In this document: positions 47,801-59,800 of the stretch, piece after piece
How positions within the stretch are numbered: position 1 is the stretch's first letter
How the letters are laid out: each line of letters starts with the position of its first letter
Source: Ascidiella aspersa
Taxonomy: Eukaryota
Assembly (NCBI GenBank): GCA_963924565.1
Contig: OZ004607.1
Span: 23,622,001-23,686,000 of the forward strand
Direction: 5' to 3'
Length of the DNA stretch: 64,000 bases
Notes under the pieces: generated by a model
Database searches by the model: none
What the model was told of the DNA's origin: nothing
The model's input: only the letters and a program-made list of their open reading frames with translations
Program-made: the position numbers and the translations under genes

Positions 47801-50800
47801 GTCCGAAGCCGCCAGTCCTATTTACGGCAGCGCAGAAATTTGGAGAAGTACCCAGCAAGTCAATTACATGAACCTGGCAGCCCACTTTATGATGTGGCGC
47901 AAAGGGGAACTGCAACAAAAGGTCGTGTTCCTCGCATGCAGTCAGCTTGAAGACAACGACACGGCTGCAAACATGATGGCTGAAATAAGAAATCATGAAA
48001 ATCACTGGAATCTCACATTGGAGGCCCTTGTCACCGATAACTCAAACGTCATAGAAGCGCTATCCAATGGCAGTAAGCTAAGCATCAAAAGCATGGCGCA
48101 CTCCATTGATCTGGTTGTAAAGCAGTGCCTCGCCAACGCGCAATCAACTGTGACCGCCTCGCTTGCGCAAGGAAAGAAGGTGGTCGGCTGCTTTGCTTGC
48201 TCGCCGCGCAATTCGGAAATGCTTAGAAAGCGTCAACGGGCAAACGGAAAGGTTGCTACTGAACTGCTTCAGGCCACGCCTGAGCGCTGGCAGTCACTCA
48301 TTGGAATGCTGGAAAGGCTGATCCTTTTAAAAGAGGACATCGAGGTGCTGTCGGTGGAAGAGCGAACCGAGACCCTCAAACCAGAACATTGGAAAATCAT
48401 CACAGAACTCGTGACCCTGCTAAATGTATTCGCTATTGCCACGAGCGAGTTGTCGACCGAGGGCGCCACCCTGTCCATTGTCTTGCCCCTAAGAAATAGT
48501 CTCCTGCAAAGCATTCGGCAGTTTCTGCTCGACCACGAGATGCACGACAGCACCCGAATGTACGGCATGGGCAGCTTCCTCGCTCATCTGAAAGAGGAAA
48601 TACAAAGAAGGTTTGCCATTCCAGTAATTGGCAAACCCCAGGACCGCGACGCGTTTTTCTACAGCCATGAGATTTACGTGTGTTACGCTCTCGCTGCGAT
48701 GCTGGACCCGCGCGTTAAACTGTCTTGGGCGGCAACCTCGGAGAAAAGTAGAATGACGGACATTTTAGAAACGGCAGCTATGGAATACGTCACGCCAGCC
48801 ACAACATCATCGGCGCAAAAGACCGCATCAAGTTACCATAGATTTGCTTTTAAAAGCTTGAAAAGTGAAGAAACGCAGTTAAAAGGGCACACTGCAAAGC
48901 AGAAACCTCACAGCGTGATACGCCGCCAAGTGGAAAAATACTTGTCCGCGCCAAGGCTCGAGCAGACCAAATGTCCCTTGCAGTTTTGGGCATCGTACCG
49001 CCTTGAATCACTTACTCTGTTTCAGCTTGCAATGAAATACTTGTCCTGTCCGCCTACCAGTGTTTGTTCAGAACAGTTGTTTCACTCGCCTGATACGGTA
49101 TTTTCTCCAATACAAAACAACTTATCAACTTCAAACGTGGAAACTTTAACATTTCTTCACCACAATATACCAAGGCTGAATTTCGACTATTGAAGTTTTC
49201 GTTTTTTCAGAAATCTGGACATCATTAAGGTTCGCAAAAAATCTGTACTGCTGTTTAAGCAAGAATGAGTGAAATTCAGCGTGATAATTTAACATTTTAA
49301 AAAATTTTCGCCCCGTTTTTCGTAAAGCAACCAATACAAACAACTTAGGTTCGTGGTGTTTCTTTTATTAGAAGGGTGTTTAACACGCGATTTTTTTAAA
49401 TTAATTAGCTCCCTAAGTGTTTCATTATACTCAGCCAAATAACTCTTTAGCATGATTTTAAATATTTCTAGAAATGTGAAACTTGATTGGATATATATCC
49501 AACAAGTTGTTACAGAATGTGTTTTCCTAACTATAGCTTTTTATGTAGCAATATATTCTATAGTGTATTGCGATTTCCGAGGTAATTCACGTGTCTTTTA
49601 GCCCTCTTAGCAATTTAAGTTTAAAGAACTTTGTTTTAAAGCTTACTTATCGAAATACTAATTAGGTAACCGGTCAAAATTAGGTAACAAGGTCAAAATT
49701 AGGTAACAAGGTCAAATAACTCACTTTATCCACTGAACCCTTGTTAAACTTGGACTTGCGTTCATCCTTGTTCTGGCACAAACTGAGCTGTTCCGTCTGC
49801 GTTCCGTCACGTCCGTAAAGTACCACGTACACGTCCGCGTCCGTTCCGCTCCCGCTCATCGTACTTGTGTGAACTTAATTAACATTTTTTTTAAATCTAA
49901 GAAACGATTTCAAGCAATTGACTTGCAAAAAAAGGATGCTTAGGAAACATAGCGTGCATTTTATGTTGCAGTATGGCAATCATTTAGAAATAAATCGCCA
50001 TTCTTAGGTAGCAATCGAAAATAAAACTTATGAAAGCAGAGTAAAATAGGGTAAACAGAGGCATACAGATCATGCAACAACTTTCAAATAAAAAAATAAA
50101 TTATCAGGAAACGTCCGTGCAGAACGTGAAGACTCGTCAATGCAAGGCGCCGCCCATAGGCCAACCTGTAATCTCGTAAGGTATTTTGGCCGCGTAGTCG
50201 ACCGTCTCTTCGTTAGAAGGATAGAGCTCGCGTTCAAGCTTTCCGTCGTCTTTGTCAGTCCCCAACCACCGTCCACACGCGAACTTCCACTTTTTGCCGA
50301 GCGAAGGTGCGTCAACCTCGACATACTCAAGGTACCAGCCTGTGCCAACAAGTGAAAAATTAGATCGATTTCTTAAACTAAGCTAACCGTTCGTGTTTAG
50401 TTTGGTAACATTAGTTGTTACAAGAAATCAACACGCGTTAGTCTGCTGTCAAAAACGTGGCATTATTGAAAGCATAACACAGGGTTTCACAGCGTGGAAG
50501 GCTGACATGTAAAGGAAAACAGAAAAATACGTGCATTAAGCAACTGAGTATTTTTTACTATCCTATTTATTTCTGTTTGTCTTGTGCTAACGGGTCTAAA
50601 ATCTGTGCACTGTTTCAGGTCGCAATAATTTACTTACGCTTATTGTACAAGAAACGAAATAATAAAATAACAAATTTATGATGCTTTATTATGTGAAAGT
50701 AGGTATATAATCGACCGACTTTCTATTGTTGTACAACATAGCGTATCGTACCACTTTTCTAAAGCATTTGTTTTAGCAAGAAGCGCAAGTTAATAAATCA

Positions 50801-53800
50801 TACAGTTGGTATACTCACTTGCAGACAGACCCGCGTTGTCGTGGCCTATTTTGACCTTCTTCAGGTCGCCAAGGTCAGCCGCCTCGACCGTGAAAACGTC
50901 GCCATGGTTACGCTCGAACTTGTCGCGGTAAGTCTTCGATGTTTTCAAATTACTATTAAGACAAATCCCATATTAATTTAAACTATGCACTTTGTCTTAG
51001 CTTCTTATTAATGTTGAATTTGATTCGGTATTAACAAAAAATCCGGCGATGTGTACAATATCATCCTTAAGACGTACTTTTTTAAGGTTTAATCACATAA
51101 GAGCAGTAATCCTCAAGTTGTGTGCCGCGTCATACTGGTGTGCCTGGAGAGATTTTTAAGTGTGGCGCGTAACTTTTTGTTATTTTGAAAAATACACTGT
51201 TTTTTTGCAGGAAAGCCCTTAAGACATGGGTTCTTACACTTTTTATCGCGGTTCCCATAAATTTGTTTTTGCGCCAAGTGGACCAGGGTCGGCATGAAAT
51301 TATTAGGAGTAAGACAAATAGACTTGTTTTACGCCGTACTGTTGAGAAATAGAAACTGAAATTAAGGCTAAATACATTCAAAGAAAGGCCAAAGCGATCA
51401 TTAAATTAATCTCTTTTCTATTGAAAAATCCATTACATTTTAAATAATAACCAACGGATAATAGTTTAAGAACCCCTGATTTGACACTTGATTGCACATT
51501 ATCCAATAAGTTTTTTTAAATCATTTAAACATTAACATATTCCTTGCCGTGTATAAAATGCGATTCTCAAGTTAGAAAATTGCTGTTTTGGATAAAGGAT
51601 AAAGACCTACATGATTCCAGAGTCGTCTTTTTCGCCGTACAGCACCAGGTGTACGTTCGCGTCGGTTCCTGCGTATCTGACGTCACCAGTCTTTACCGTG
51701 ACGTCATAGGTGGTCAACTGTGCCTTGTTGACGAGGGCGAAAGCGTCGCGAACTGCGGTGGACTTTTTCCCGTTCGATTTGTGCTGTTGCAGCTGCTTGT
51801 AAGTTGCCTATAAAAAAATGCTAGTACTTACAAAAAAACAATAAATAAGACATGAATCCATAAATTTAATCCTGGACAATAGGTCGTATGTTTAATTAAG
51901 TTTAATTAACTGTGCTTACCTGGTATTGTTAGACCTTTCGATACCCACTTTTTTATTAGAGTTAAGACAACAAAGAAATTCAAAAAAATAATAATAAATT
52001 TATTTACGACCCATGGTGGCGAAAAACATCTCGCCTGCGGTGAGGGTCGGACTCACGACATCCGGCCCCAGGAGCTATATGCAAACAGAATGCAGCAGGC
52101 AACGGTGCTACGGCCGTTTCTCGGCCAGCTCCCACTGAGACTGTGTGGCTTAGTCGGTAGAGCGACGGCTCCTATTCGTTTGGAGGTCGTGAGTTCGAAC
52201 CTCACCGCAGCCTAGTTGTTTTTCTAGCCTGGCCTTGCTTGCACGAAAACACAAAAATCCCGAATGAACCGACTGATTTCGGTAAGCCTTTCCAGAGACA
52301 TCCTGTGTAATAATATATTGTGTGCCGTTTTCGTTGGTCAATATTACTCCAAGGCTTGATCACAGAATATTATGTTTCAGCTATCTTTACGAACGACGCA
52401 CATTTTAAACAAAAGTATTAGATTGGTAGTATAGCAGAAGTGGTTTTATTCGGAAGACACTTGCTGACCTGATCTACTGGAACCAGCGTGCGTTCGATCT
52501 GACCATCGTCGTCTTTCGTGGACAGCCAGCGTTGGCATGGAAACACCAACACCTCCCCTTTCACCTTGACCTCGACACGGTCCAGAAACCACGCAGCTCC
52601 GATCTCGCTGTTGTCGTGGCGTATTTTCAGCTGCAGAGTTAAATAAATAGAGCCAAACGTTTATGCAGTTTGAATTATTGCCACGGGCGCTAAATACGAG
52701 CACTTTAAGAAAAACAATTGTTTGCACGAAGCAACAAATTTAAGGGGTTACATTTTTGACGATAATCCGTAACATTTACCACAGAACTACATTTACGTCA
52801 TAGGTAAACATAAACACTTATGGGTAATAAATACATAGTAAACAAAAAAAGATAAATAGGTTGGTTTACCTTTTTTAGGGTGCTCAGATCAGCCGCTTTG
52901 ACTTTAAACGTGTCGAGTTGGTTTCGTTCAAATTTATTAATGTTTGTTTCCGACTTCTCCAGTTTTCGTTCGCCTTTTGAAAAGAAAATGATTTAAAAAT
53001 TTATTATAAAATCTTATCGAATTCGGGTAATTTTTAAGATACGAAAAGAAAGATAAAAGAAAAACAAACTCGCCAAGAGTGTCATCCTCACTCACTTAAA
53101 TATAAAACATCAATTTAATAACCATTATAAATATTCTGTAAAACGACTAAATGCAATTAGAATTCAGAACAGTTTGAAGAGTAATTGTTGACATACATCT
53201 GTTTCGATTAGTTAATTTGCGAAAGTTTCTTAGCTTGGTCTATATCTATTAAAAGGCAGTGGTTCTCAAAAAGGCGTTCGCATTGCTTTGGACACGAAAG
53301 TCAAAATCAACGACAAGTAAAAATTAACGCCATTTTTTTCCTACCATGAGTTAAATTGCCACTATATATTGATAAACGTTATTTTCCCACTTTGTGCTAC
53401 GCTTTTTAGTGTAGCGTAAGAGTCTTGGCAGCGTTCAGGTGTGCTTAAGCGATCCAAATAAGCTAAAATACCTGAATCCCCGTTCTCGCCATAGAGAATG
53501 CAGAACACGTTGGAATTCGTTCCAGCTCCATATTTGTCGCCCGTGTAAACGTCCACTGTATATTCCAATTCTATAGAAAAATATAACAATATGTAAGCGC
53601 GACATACACGTTTCTATTGCAAATGTAACGGGAGTACTTTAACAACAGCTTTAATTAAAAACATGCCGGTACCTTGCAGAGCATCGTCAATAGGCCGACC
53701 GGACTCATCCGTCGGAACAAGTTCCCGGATGAGCAGGCCGTCGTCTTCCGATTTGTCGAACCAACGACGACAAACAAACCAGTAGGTCTCCACCTCGGGA

Positions 53801-56800
53801 TTATCCCCGACCGCAACCGAACCTGCCAAGCAAAACAAGGAGATAATTGAGTGCTAAAATCCTGATCAAAGGCGCAAAATGATAGAGAAATGAAACAGCA
53901 CAATATAATACTGATTGCGTTTTATGGTTTGTCATATTAATTTATACAGATTGCTTGATAAAAACATACTCTTGCAGTCGTATAAAGAGAAAACATTGTT
54001 TTATTTAGCTGATAAATATGCGGTTGCTACCAGGCATAATATATATACTAAAAAGAAGTTCTTTTGGCATTTATTTGCTGCAAATAAAATAAGTATCAGA
54101 AGAAATTATTTTGTATAACTGATGTTTGATTTATGTTTAATACTTAAAAAAAGGTCGATGTCAATCCGATGCGTGTATACATTTTTAAGGTTAATTTGTG
54201 TTTTTACTTTTCCTTCTCTTTTTCTTCTTGCTTGTTTTTCTGACGAATCTCTGAATCTTGAGGGACTCGAGGAACCATCCCGACCCCACCCCTTTTCCGT
54301 CGTGTCCGATGCGGACCTTCGTAATCGGACCAACGTCCAAAGACTCGATCTATAGAAAATCAACATTTTGTTAATAATAGAATGAGTTGTGAATAAGAGT
54401 GCGATTCGCAAGTACAAAAAAAACGTTGAAACGCGTTTATAGTTCATGAAACAAAAATACTTTGATACTTCCAACGATAACTATTTATAGATTGTAAGCG
54501 TTTAACTTAATAAAATACTGCAGCATATAATAACAAATGACAAAGTTTCTAAGTTTTTCTTTCAAACAATCAATCTTCGAATGGTCTAATACCATGTTCC
54601 TTTGCTATAGCTAACTTGATTTAAAATGGAGGTGAACAAACCTCAAACTTAAAACAACACACAACGAATAAAATGTTGCTACAGCAAGCCACCTTAAATT
54701 TATCGACGGCGCCTCGTTCGAAGTTGTCGGTCTTGTTACGTAATTTTATCGATTCAGATTTTCCGTCCTCGCCGTAAAGCTGAAGCGTGACGTTGGCGTC
54801 GGTTCCGGCATTCATTTTGTCGCCGGTCGTCACAGTAATCTCAAACGGAAGCACTGCATACATCACGCATTATTTACCCAATCAGTATCTCATTTGTGAC
54901 ATAAAGCCTATTTAAAGTGGGACCATATTGTTTACTTTTTTAATGATTTTTGAACGACAATTAAAACAACATTGTTATTACCGCTATATGAAGCTTTTAA
55001 AAGCAAAAACTAGTGAATTTTTTTTACATTTATCCTGTTGTCTCGTTTGAGTGGGATATAGCTCCACTTCAGTTTTCCCGTCTCCCTCATCCGATGCAAG
55101 CCACCTACGGTAAATACAAAAAAGTGTATAAAAAGTTAAAATACCTGATGTTAAACTACATTTACCAAACTTGAGTAGGCATATTAAAAAAAGAGTAAAG
55201 CAAAGATGTTGTGTTGAATGCGAAACTTTTGACGCTTATATTCCCTTGTATATTTTTGACATAAAAGTCCTGTGGCGTCGGTTTCCTCGTCACGAAAAAA
55301 AAGGTATGTCCAAAATTGTACATTATACTATTGATCTTAATTTTTCTTTTTTGAACGCCATTTAATATACACACGTCAATCAAAGGCAGTGATGTTGCCA
55401 ACAAAAATGACTTTTATTATTACATTATTTTCATTTGGAATAATTTTCATGTGGAAATTCTGTCTTCATAGTTCGGCTAAGATTTTAAAGTAACTATAGT
55501 TGAGACGAACTAGTTGCCTGATAGTTGACTTGTATTACATAAAAGCTATAGGCGATTAAACGTGTTAATAAGTTGTAAAGTTTAGTTATAAACATAGACA
55601 AAAAAGTTTTATGAAAGATTTAATGTTTCGCCTAATTTGCAGCTGACGGTTAAAATACCTGAATTGATGTACGTGTACGTTTTACGTGTTAATTAGAAAA
55701 TAGCCAACCGTTTAAATTGAACAAAATAAAATTAGGAACCCTTAGCATGGTCTTGCAGGACATAGCATGGTCTTGCGATTCACTGATTTATGTCGGTGGA
55801 TCTAAAAGTGGGGTCCCCGTATATTGCACAAAGTATGTTTTTTAATTTTCCCGTTTGAAAAAATGATGGGATGCGCCACTATCCAAGGAAGCTTGGACGA
55901 TATGTTGAAAAGTTTGAGGATCATTAATCAGAGGATCATTGATAAGGTATTTTAACAATACCAGGAAAAACTGGTGACGCAAAGTTGCCTTTAACAGATG
56001 GATAAAAGATGATAAAAAAATTCACAGATTTTCACACTAAAATGGTATAATGCTGAAAACTACCTTTATGTGGTTACCTGTGGCAGTTGAATGTATAATG
56101 CATTCCATTTGATGGAACATCAATTTCAATTCCATCCAAGAACCAACCAGCAGCCACGCCACTGTCATCGTGGCCTGTTAAAAAAACGAATAAGTATTTG
56201 CTGGTAGAATCAAGTTACACAGAAGCTTCTCTTACAAATGAATAGCACCTCATATGGGCGGTAACTGACAAGGGAGATCAAATCTGTCTATAAGCAATAA
56301 GCATGCAAACTTCATGCATAGCGCAAACCATATGTACAGTTGTCTTAATTTGAGCTGATATATACTATTAAATAGTTGCGGAGAATGACTAAAAGTTTGG
56401 ATTACGGAGAATGACTAGAAGTTCACGGATTTTTTAAGTAATTTCTAAAGCCATAAGATTCGTTAAAATCGACATTTCGCAGTTTACAGACGTTTCAGCA
56501 ATACCTTATGCCATCATCAGTGTAAACACCCAAGTGAAGATAAAAGCGAAATGTCGACTATAAGTTATTTTGCAAAATTGTGTGTAAATAAAGTGTAAGT
56601 CAATGTGTTTAATACCGATTAGAATGCGTTCCAGCTTGCCGATGTCGACGGCCTCTAGCTTGAAAAGGTCGGTTCTTCCCCGCTCGAACTTGTTGCGAAT
56701 GTTGTCGCTCTGGTGCAGCTTTAGTCGGCCAGTGTCTCCGTTGTTGCCAAATATCTGTGACAAGGGATGACCAATTTAACGACGCATTTAGAAAGTTTTT

Positions 56801-59800
56801 TTTTGAGAGCTACAATGATAGTTTACGAAATCCAGCTCATGGGAGTAAAGTTTTTTTTAACAGAGTTGTTCTCACTGAAAGGACCTGTCCATTGATCTTA
56901 GAAGAAAAATGCAAGTAACCCTGACCGTTTTACTTCAACCCGCCAACAGGGCTCATGCTTGCTTCTAACTTCATTAAAACTTAAAACGTTAAAAAACACT
57001 CTCTTTGAAAACTAATATAAATACAATAAAATCATAATTACCAACTATAAGGGCAACGCACACCGTATGTGACATAATTATATATATATATATATATATA
57101 ATTTGCATGTCTGAGGATGGATTGCCCAACCCACATAGATAAAAAAATCTGCGTAATCTGTTAATCTATGTAATAAGTATTAACACACTCTTACCTGGAC
57201 GTGAACGTCAGCGTCGGTGCCAGCACCTCTGATGTCACCAGTTTTAACCGACACGTGGTACGACGTAGCTGCGTAAAGTCAAGCACGATAATTTGAAAAT
57301 ATTTACAGGCAATTTAAATTGTTTGTTTGACTTACTGTTCAAAAGCTGTGGAGATCCTGATTCAGTCAACTCCCGCACAATCGCGCCGTCATCTTCATCA
57401 GTTGCTAGCCATCTAGTGTTAGCAGGTAATAAATTGAATATTGACATGCGGAGGGCGACATATAGCAGTTGCAAAATAACTGTATTGGTAAGTATGTAAC
57501 TACCTGCGTTAGTTGACTATTTGAAGTGAGGTTATTTTAGCAGGTGTAGCCAACTTATGTTTGATTGCGGTCGACTAAACTATTTTTTAGAGACTAGCGA
57601 TCGACTGGTTCAGTAAAAAAAGTCTCAAGAACACTTATTAAACATTTTGAGCGTTAATTGTCAATCAAGCCAGCGATGGGGGTTATTTTGTTACGTCAAA
57701 AAATAACCTTAAAGATTGCTTTAAAAGGCTTGTCTGGACCTCAATTGGTCATTTTAATGTTTTGCTTGTGTGCGACAGCTACTATAATGTCGTAACGTAA
57801 CACACATTCGACGCGATCAACCAGGTGAAATGTGGCAATCGACCAGTCGATCGCGATCGACGTGTTGGCTACCACTTTATTTAGAGAATTAAAGCATTTC
57901 AAAGTTTTTCATTCTGCGGGATGTACATGGTACAGTGTAGATAATAAAATGCATGTATGGATGACAGCTATTTAAACGCTACCTAAAGAAAAACGGCAAT
58001 ATGCAAAAAAATAATTTAAAGGTAATTAGAACCAGAAACCTGGGCACAAATATATATAAGGCGGCAAGTGTATTAAAACAACTTTTTTCTACAGCTAAGG
58101 TAAAAGAGAGCCTGTATTTCAAACGATCCATTTTATTTACAAACCTTCCACATGGAAACGTTGTCATAGAACCTTGACTCTCTTCGCGAACTTCAATTCT
58201 TTCTAAGAACCAGCCGCTTGCTAAACAGAATAAAAAGCAAACATTTTTGAAATGCTTTTGCTTGCTGTAAATGGCAGTCGCGCCAGTGAAATTAGTTTTA
58301 TATGTTTTTTATATTGGAAGTTTATATATTATTTTTTTAATTTTGAGCTCTTTAGCACTTACCGACGCCAGAATCGTTGTGTCCGACCTTGACTTTTGTA
58401 ACGTTTTTTAACGTCACGGCTTCGATGACAAACTCGTCTACCTGGAAGTTATAAAACGGATAACTAAAACCGTACAAACAAAATAAAACAAAAATAAACA
58501 TATTAACTCACGCTATTTTTCTCGAACTTGTTGCGACTGTTCTTTGACTTGACGAGGGGACGATCGCCAGTGTCGCCTTGATCGCCATACAAGCAACAGA
58601 AGACGTCGGCGTCGGTGCCGGCCCCACGCTTGTCGCCCGTGACAACGGTCACTAGGTAACGTACCAGAGGTTGTGAGCGCCTTATGGTCGACCCGGTCGC
58701 CGGAAGTTCGCGGATCAGTTCGCCTTCGCTCCTGCGAGCGAGTTATATGAAGTGTTGTAATGGATTAAGTCAATTACTTGACCTAAGTGAACTTCAATAA
58801 TTTAGCAAATGACTCGGGTCGGAATTATATTGTTTTAATTCAATATGTTTTCAATAAAAGCGGCGCTATGTTTTTTTACACATAACACAGTTTGGTTGCT
58901 ATTTCTTTAGGTTTTTGTGGTTCCCATATGCATTTTGTTTCGTGATTGCGATGTATACTTTTGTGCCTTTCGGGGGCTATCAAAATGATCTTGGCAGGCA
59001 CTTGACTTGTTATCTGACGAGAATGACTTGATTCGAGCCTTGGTCGTTCTTACAAACACTTGCTAAAGGCTAACCGGCAAGTTTAAATCAAAGAATTAGA
59101 CAATTCTTCATGCATTGTGCAACGACAAGTAAATCCGGCATGTATAGCAGAACGCACGAATGTCCATGCCGCAACACGAAAAAAATGCTTGGTCGGCGTC
59201 ATTCAATTAGCACTGTCCATCGAAAAAAATGACGTCTTGTACTTACTGGCAGGCTAAACATTAGTAGGTACGAAAAACTATAGGCATTTTCTAGGTTTCT
59301 GAAAAATTACACGTAAAAACGAGAACACAGAGTTAGCCTTACGCGTCCAGCCACTGCTGGCAGTTAAAGGTGTACGCGTTGGCGGAAGAAGACGAAGACT
59401 TTTTGCCAGTCATAACCGGTTCGATCAAGATCTTGTCTAGGTGCCAGCCGGAAAAGGGCCTCGAGTCGTCATGCCAAACCCGAAGCTTGTAAAGTTTGCC
59501 CAGGTCGGGAAAGTCAATCTGCGCGAAACAACACATTACATGCACGAACTCATGCAATACGTTTGTTTACTAATCGCTTGAAAATCAAGGGTTGTTGACT
59601 GTTTGATGCATAATGCGCAAGATATTCGTTCGTTGAACACTAAAAAATCTATCTAAAATTTTATCAAGGTTATAGCTTTCTGTCTGGTTATATTCTGCTG
59701 TGAATAAAACGACTTAATAACAGTCTTATTCAGAAGTCGGAAACCTGTTGCTCTATAGTCGGGGGCGAAAGCCAAAGCGTTTGTTTGGTGAAAACATTTG

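Noticed and set aside
47264-48568. Minus-strand ORFs overlapping the ZBED-like gene
   Set aside because: Antisense shadows of a GC-richer coding region; no PLAT motifs and not needed for the LOXHD1 frame.
52139-52213. Functional tRNA-Arg(CCT) gene
   Set aside because: Acceptor stem has a mismatch, spacing around the anticodon arm and variable loop is abnormal, and it is part of a dispersed repeat with degenerate copies.
59014-59046. Second hammerhead-like motif ctgacga-gaat..attc-gagc
   Set aside because: GAAA core is replaced by GAGC, there is no stem I, and the sequence fits the gacttga repeats of a MITE end.
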